The notes under the pieces were generated by a model. It ran no database searches, was not told the DNA's origin, and was given only the letters and a program-made list of their open reading frames with translations. A stretch of 63,706 nucleotides of DNA, the filler included, from Octopus bimaculoides (taxonomy: Eukaryota), in NCBI RefSeq assembly GCF_001194135.2. It is 7 parts of 7 records of this genome, joined end to end, with 100 filler letters (N's around TTAATTAATTAA, not from the genome) between each part and the next. Parts side by side here need not be neighbours in the genome. Positions count along the whole stretch, not along the records: positions 53,016 to 62,321 come from NC_068989.1; positions 62,422 to 63,706 come from NW_026437038.1; 5 more parts are not named here. One strand, given 5' to 3'. The translations under genes and the position numbers were made by a program. How positions within the stretch are numbered: the stretch's first letter is position 1; the number at the start of each line of letters is the position of its first letter. Below are positions 61,143 through 63,706 of this stretch, piece by piece.

Positions 61143-61399
61143 TACTGTATCATCCACTTATCATCACCTCAAGGGTGTGAGGAGAAAGATCGTAGATAAC
61201 AATGTCTTCTTCGATAGGACATTCTCCCAGTTCTTATGTATCCTCTTCACTTAGAATCTTCTTCTTACTCTCTTTCTCTCCCTCTATCTCTCTCACCCTC
61301 TCTCTTTCACCCTCTCTCTTACAACTGATATAGTAAAATTAGTGTAAATATATATATCCACAGGATTTCAAAAAGTGTTCATGAATATGGAAATTTGGA

Positions 61400-62070
61400 A
61401 AAGAAACTGGTTATAATCGGATACGGAAATTTGTCCCAAAATAAAGAAAGTGTACTGGTCATGCGTGTTTACAACGTTGTTATACGGATGTGATACGTAT
61501 ACAACACATCAGACTGAAACGATTCTTTCAGCAGTGCTTGCGACACATGAGAATCTCTTGGAAAATATTTTATCAAATACAGAAATGGTAATACAAACTT
61601 ACTTTTTAAGTATAGAATCTATAACGCTGAAAAAAAAAATGCCAAGATATGTTGGTCAAATAATACACTTGGCGGAGTCGATTGTCAATACAGCTATTGT
61701 ATGGTGAGCTGAATCAGAGGAAGCTCCTGCAATACAAGCCAAAACAGAGATATGAAAGCTGTATGAAAGATGTACTAAAGAAAACCAGAATTGACGTCAA
61801 CACCCGGGAATGTCCTGCACCAAACACCCTGGTGGAGAGGTCTGATTATCAATGATGTTGGAGAATTTGAAGCCAACTGCATAACCTATGCCCAACAGAA
61901 ACGCGCTGTTAGATATATAGAAGCTGTAGTCACACTCCCAGAAAAAAGGTCTGTTGAGAGTTCTTGCGATACAAGGCCTGTGATCGTATATGCCTTTCAA
62001 AAGAAGACTAGCTTCACTATGAAGGAAATCATGTTACTCTTGATGCTGAAAAGCAACATATTATTCTAGC
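61400..62070 (+). mobile_element. Decayed RTE (BovB-like) LINE 3' part
   Basis: KKVYWSCVFTTLLYGCDTYT, QLLYGELNQR, RYE.CMK..L.K..ID..TRE, WWRGLI..VGEFE. Confidence 0.65.
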
Positions 62071-62457
62071 TGACTTTCTATGTGGTCTGTGTATCAAAGT
62101 ATGTCGATTGAATGCTCTAACTGAGGAGTAGATAGACAGCCGACAACTGACGAAGGGTCATTTTTCTGTGTTTACTTGTCCTGTTTCCCATTTTTTTCTC
62201 GTTGTTTACGTATTTCACTCGTTTTTGTCCTGTAATTACTGTCCACGTCTTGTATCTATGTCTCGTGTGTCTGTTATTTGCACTGTTGGTGACGTCCTGT
62301 ACCTCTATATGCATGTATATANNNNNNNNNNNNNNNNNNNNNNNNNNNNNNNNNNNNNNNNNNNNTTAATTAATTAANNNNNNNNNNNNNNNNNNNNNNN
62401 NNNNNNNNNNNNNNNNNNNNNCTCATTGAAATTCTTATATTTTCTTTTCATATATAG

Positions 62458-62574
62458 CGTCAAGGAACTGTGCCCACAATCAATTCAAGTGTCCGAGTGG
62501 AATGTGTATCCCACAACGGTGGATATGTGATAAATACAATGATTGCCCTGATAATATAGATGAAAAAGATTGCA
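62458..62574 (+). CDS. Single coding exon encoding an LDL-receptor class A (LDLa) module; parent gene unidentified
   Basis: Polypyrimidine tract then tatag|, 117 nt, then |gtgagt; phase 1 at both ends. Translation (x)[38 protein letters not shown] has the six LDLa cysteines, the F/I core and the W-x-CD-x3-DC-x-D-x-x-DE calcium cage. Confidence 0.93.
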
Positions 62575-62698
62575 GTGAGTTTATGAAATACATTTTCTTT
62601 TACAAAAGATATGAATTATAAAAAATTATGTGTATATATGTATTACAAATAATGATTACAATTATATTTATAATATTATTATAATTATAAATAGCAAT

Positions 62699-62783
<85 letters not shown>

Positions 62784-62916
62784 CATATATATATATATAT
62801 ACATACATATATATCTGTATACATATGCATATTTATATACAATATATATATATGTATATACACACATATATATACATATATCTATTTACATATGCATGCA
62901 CACACACACACACACT

Positions 62917-62962
<46 letters not shown>

Positions 62963-63706
62963 CAAATTTACTGTTGAAAATGTACTTAAATTTGAAAAAT
63001 TTGTAATTGTTTAAAATAAATTTATTTACATATATACCAAACTAGTATCAACAACATTTTTTGTTTATCAATGGTTAAAATTTAGAATTATGAATTAGGG
63101 AGACATATTTAAAAGTTTCAATGTTGACAAGTTGAAATGTTCATAAGAGTCAATAATATAAAATATGTGTTTCAACTTGTTTAAATGTACAAAGCTAATT
63201 AGTGTTAATAGTGATCAACAAGAAATGAATATCATCAAAGCTTCAATCATACTGAGTTAAGAAGGAGAAAAACAAGAGAGAGATGATGATAATTAAAACA
63301 GGGATTTGGTTTACAATTTCTCTAATCCTTTTTCCATTGTGTGTAGGAACTTTCACTTGTAACAGTGTGTTTTGGAATCCTGTGTATTTATAATTTTTTC
63401 TGCAAGCAGATCCAATTTTTTATTCATTAAAGTACTGGTGACGTCTTGTTTTTCTGGTGGCCAAGTTTGTCGTTCTGCCTAGTTGGCTTCCTTGTGTGGA
63501 ATGGTCATCAGTCATTCCAGTCGGTTGATTCTCTTAAAGGGTCATTTTGTTGTATTTGCTGAAGTTCGGTTTTGATCGGAGGTGAAATTTCATTGGTCTA
63601 GAGTTAGGTGACTTCAGCAACTGGTGTTTGTATGGTCTTATTCTATGGTGATTTGGAGTTGCAGTTTCGAAACCAGGGTGGAAGACTGTAACTAAAATTT
63701 TTTAAA

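Overview
AT-rich, microsatellite-dense eukaryotic DNA from a fragmented draft assembly, with many N gaps and six artificial 100-bp joins carrying the spacer TTAATTAATTAA. The SINE families and TTAGGG-type repeats suggest a mollusc, most likely an octopus; this is an inference from recognised repeat sequences, not a database result. Almost every ORF in the supplied track is a microsatellite or gap artefact. The only well-supported host coding sequence is one 117-bp, phase-1/phase-1 exon encoding an LDL-receptor class A module (62458-62574, +). The rest is layered mobile DNA: three tRNA-headed SINE families, R4/Dong-type and RTE LINE fragments, two different Penelope-like (GIY-YIG) elements, mariner and maT-like Tc1 deletion derivatives, MITEs and a Helitron fragment that keeps its 3' end. 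The most striking structure is a 5'-truncated Penelope-like insertion (15393-16675). It has outward-facing inverted pseudo-LTRs, and each pLTR carries a tRNA-like Pol III promoter followed by a minimal hammerhead ribozyme motif. It also has a 14-bp target-site duplication and an empty paralogous site 2 kb downstream. Other notable items are a foldback element enclosing head-to-head telomeric arrays, a 63-bp-arm near-perfect hairpin, a duplicated 36-nt micro-exon-like unit and a 62-bp locally templated insertion. All alignments and identities were made by eye, and element boundaries are approximate unless a TSD or TIR fixes them.
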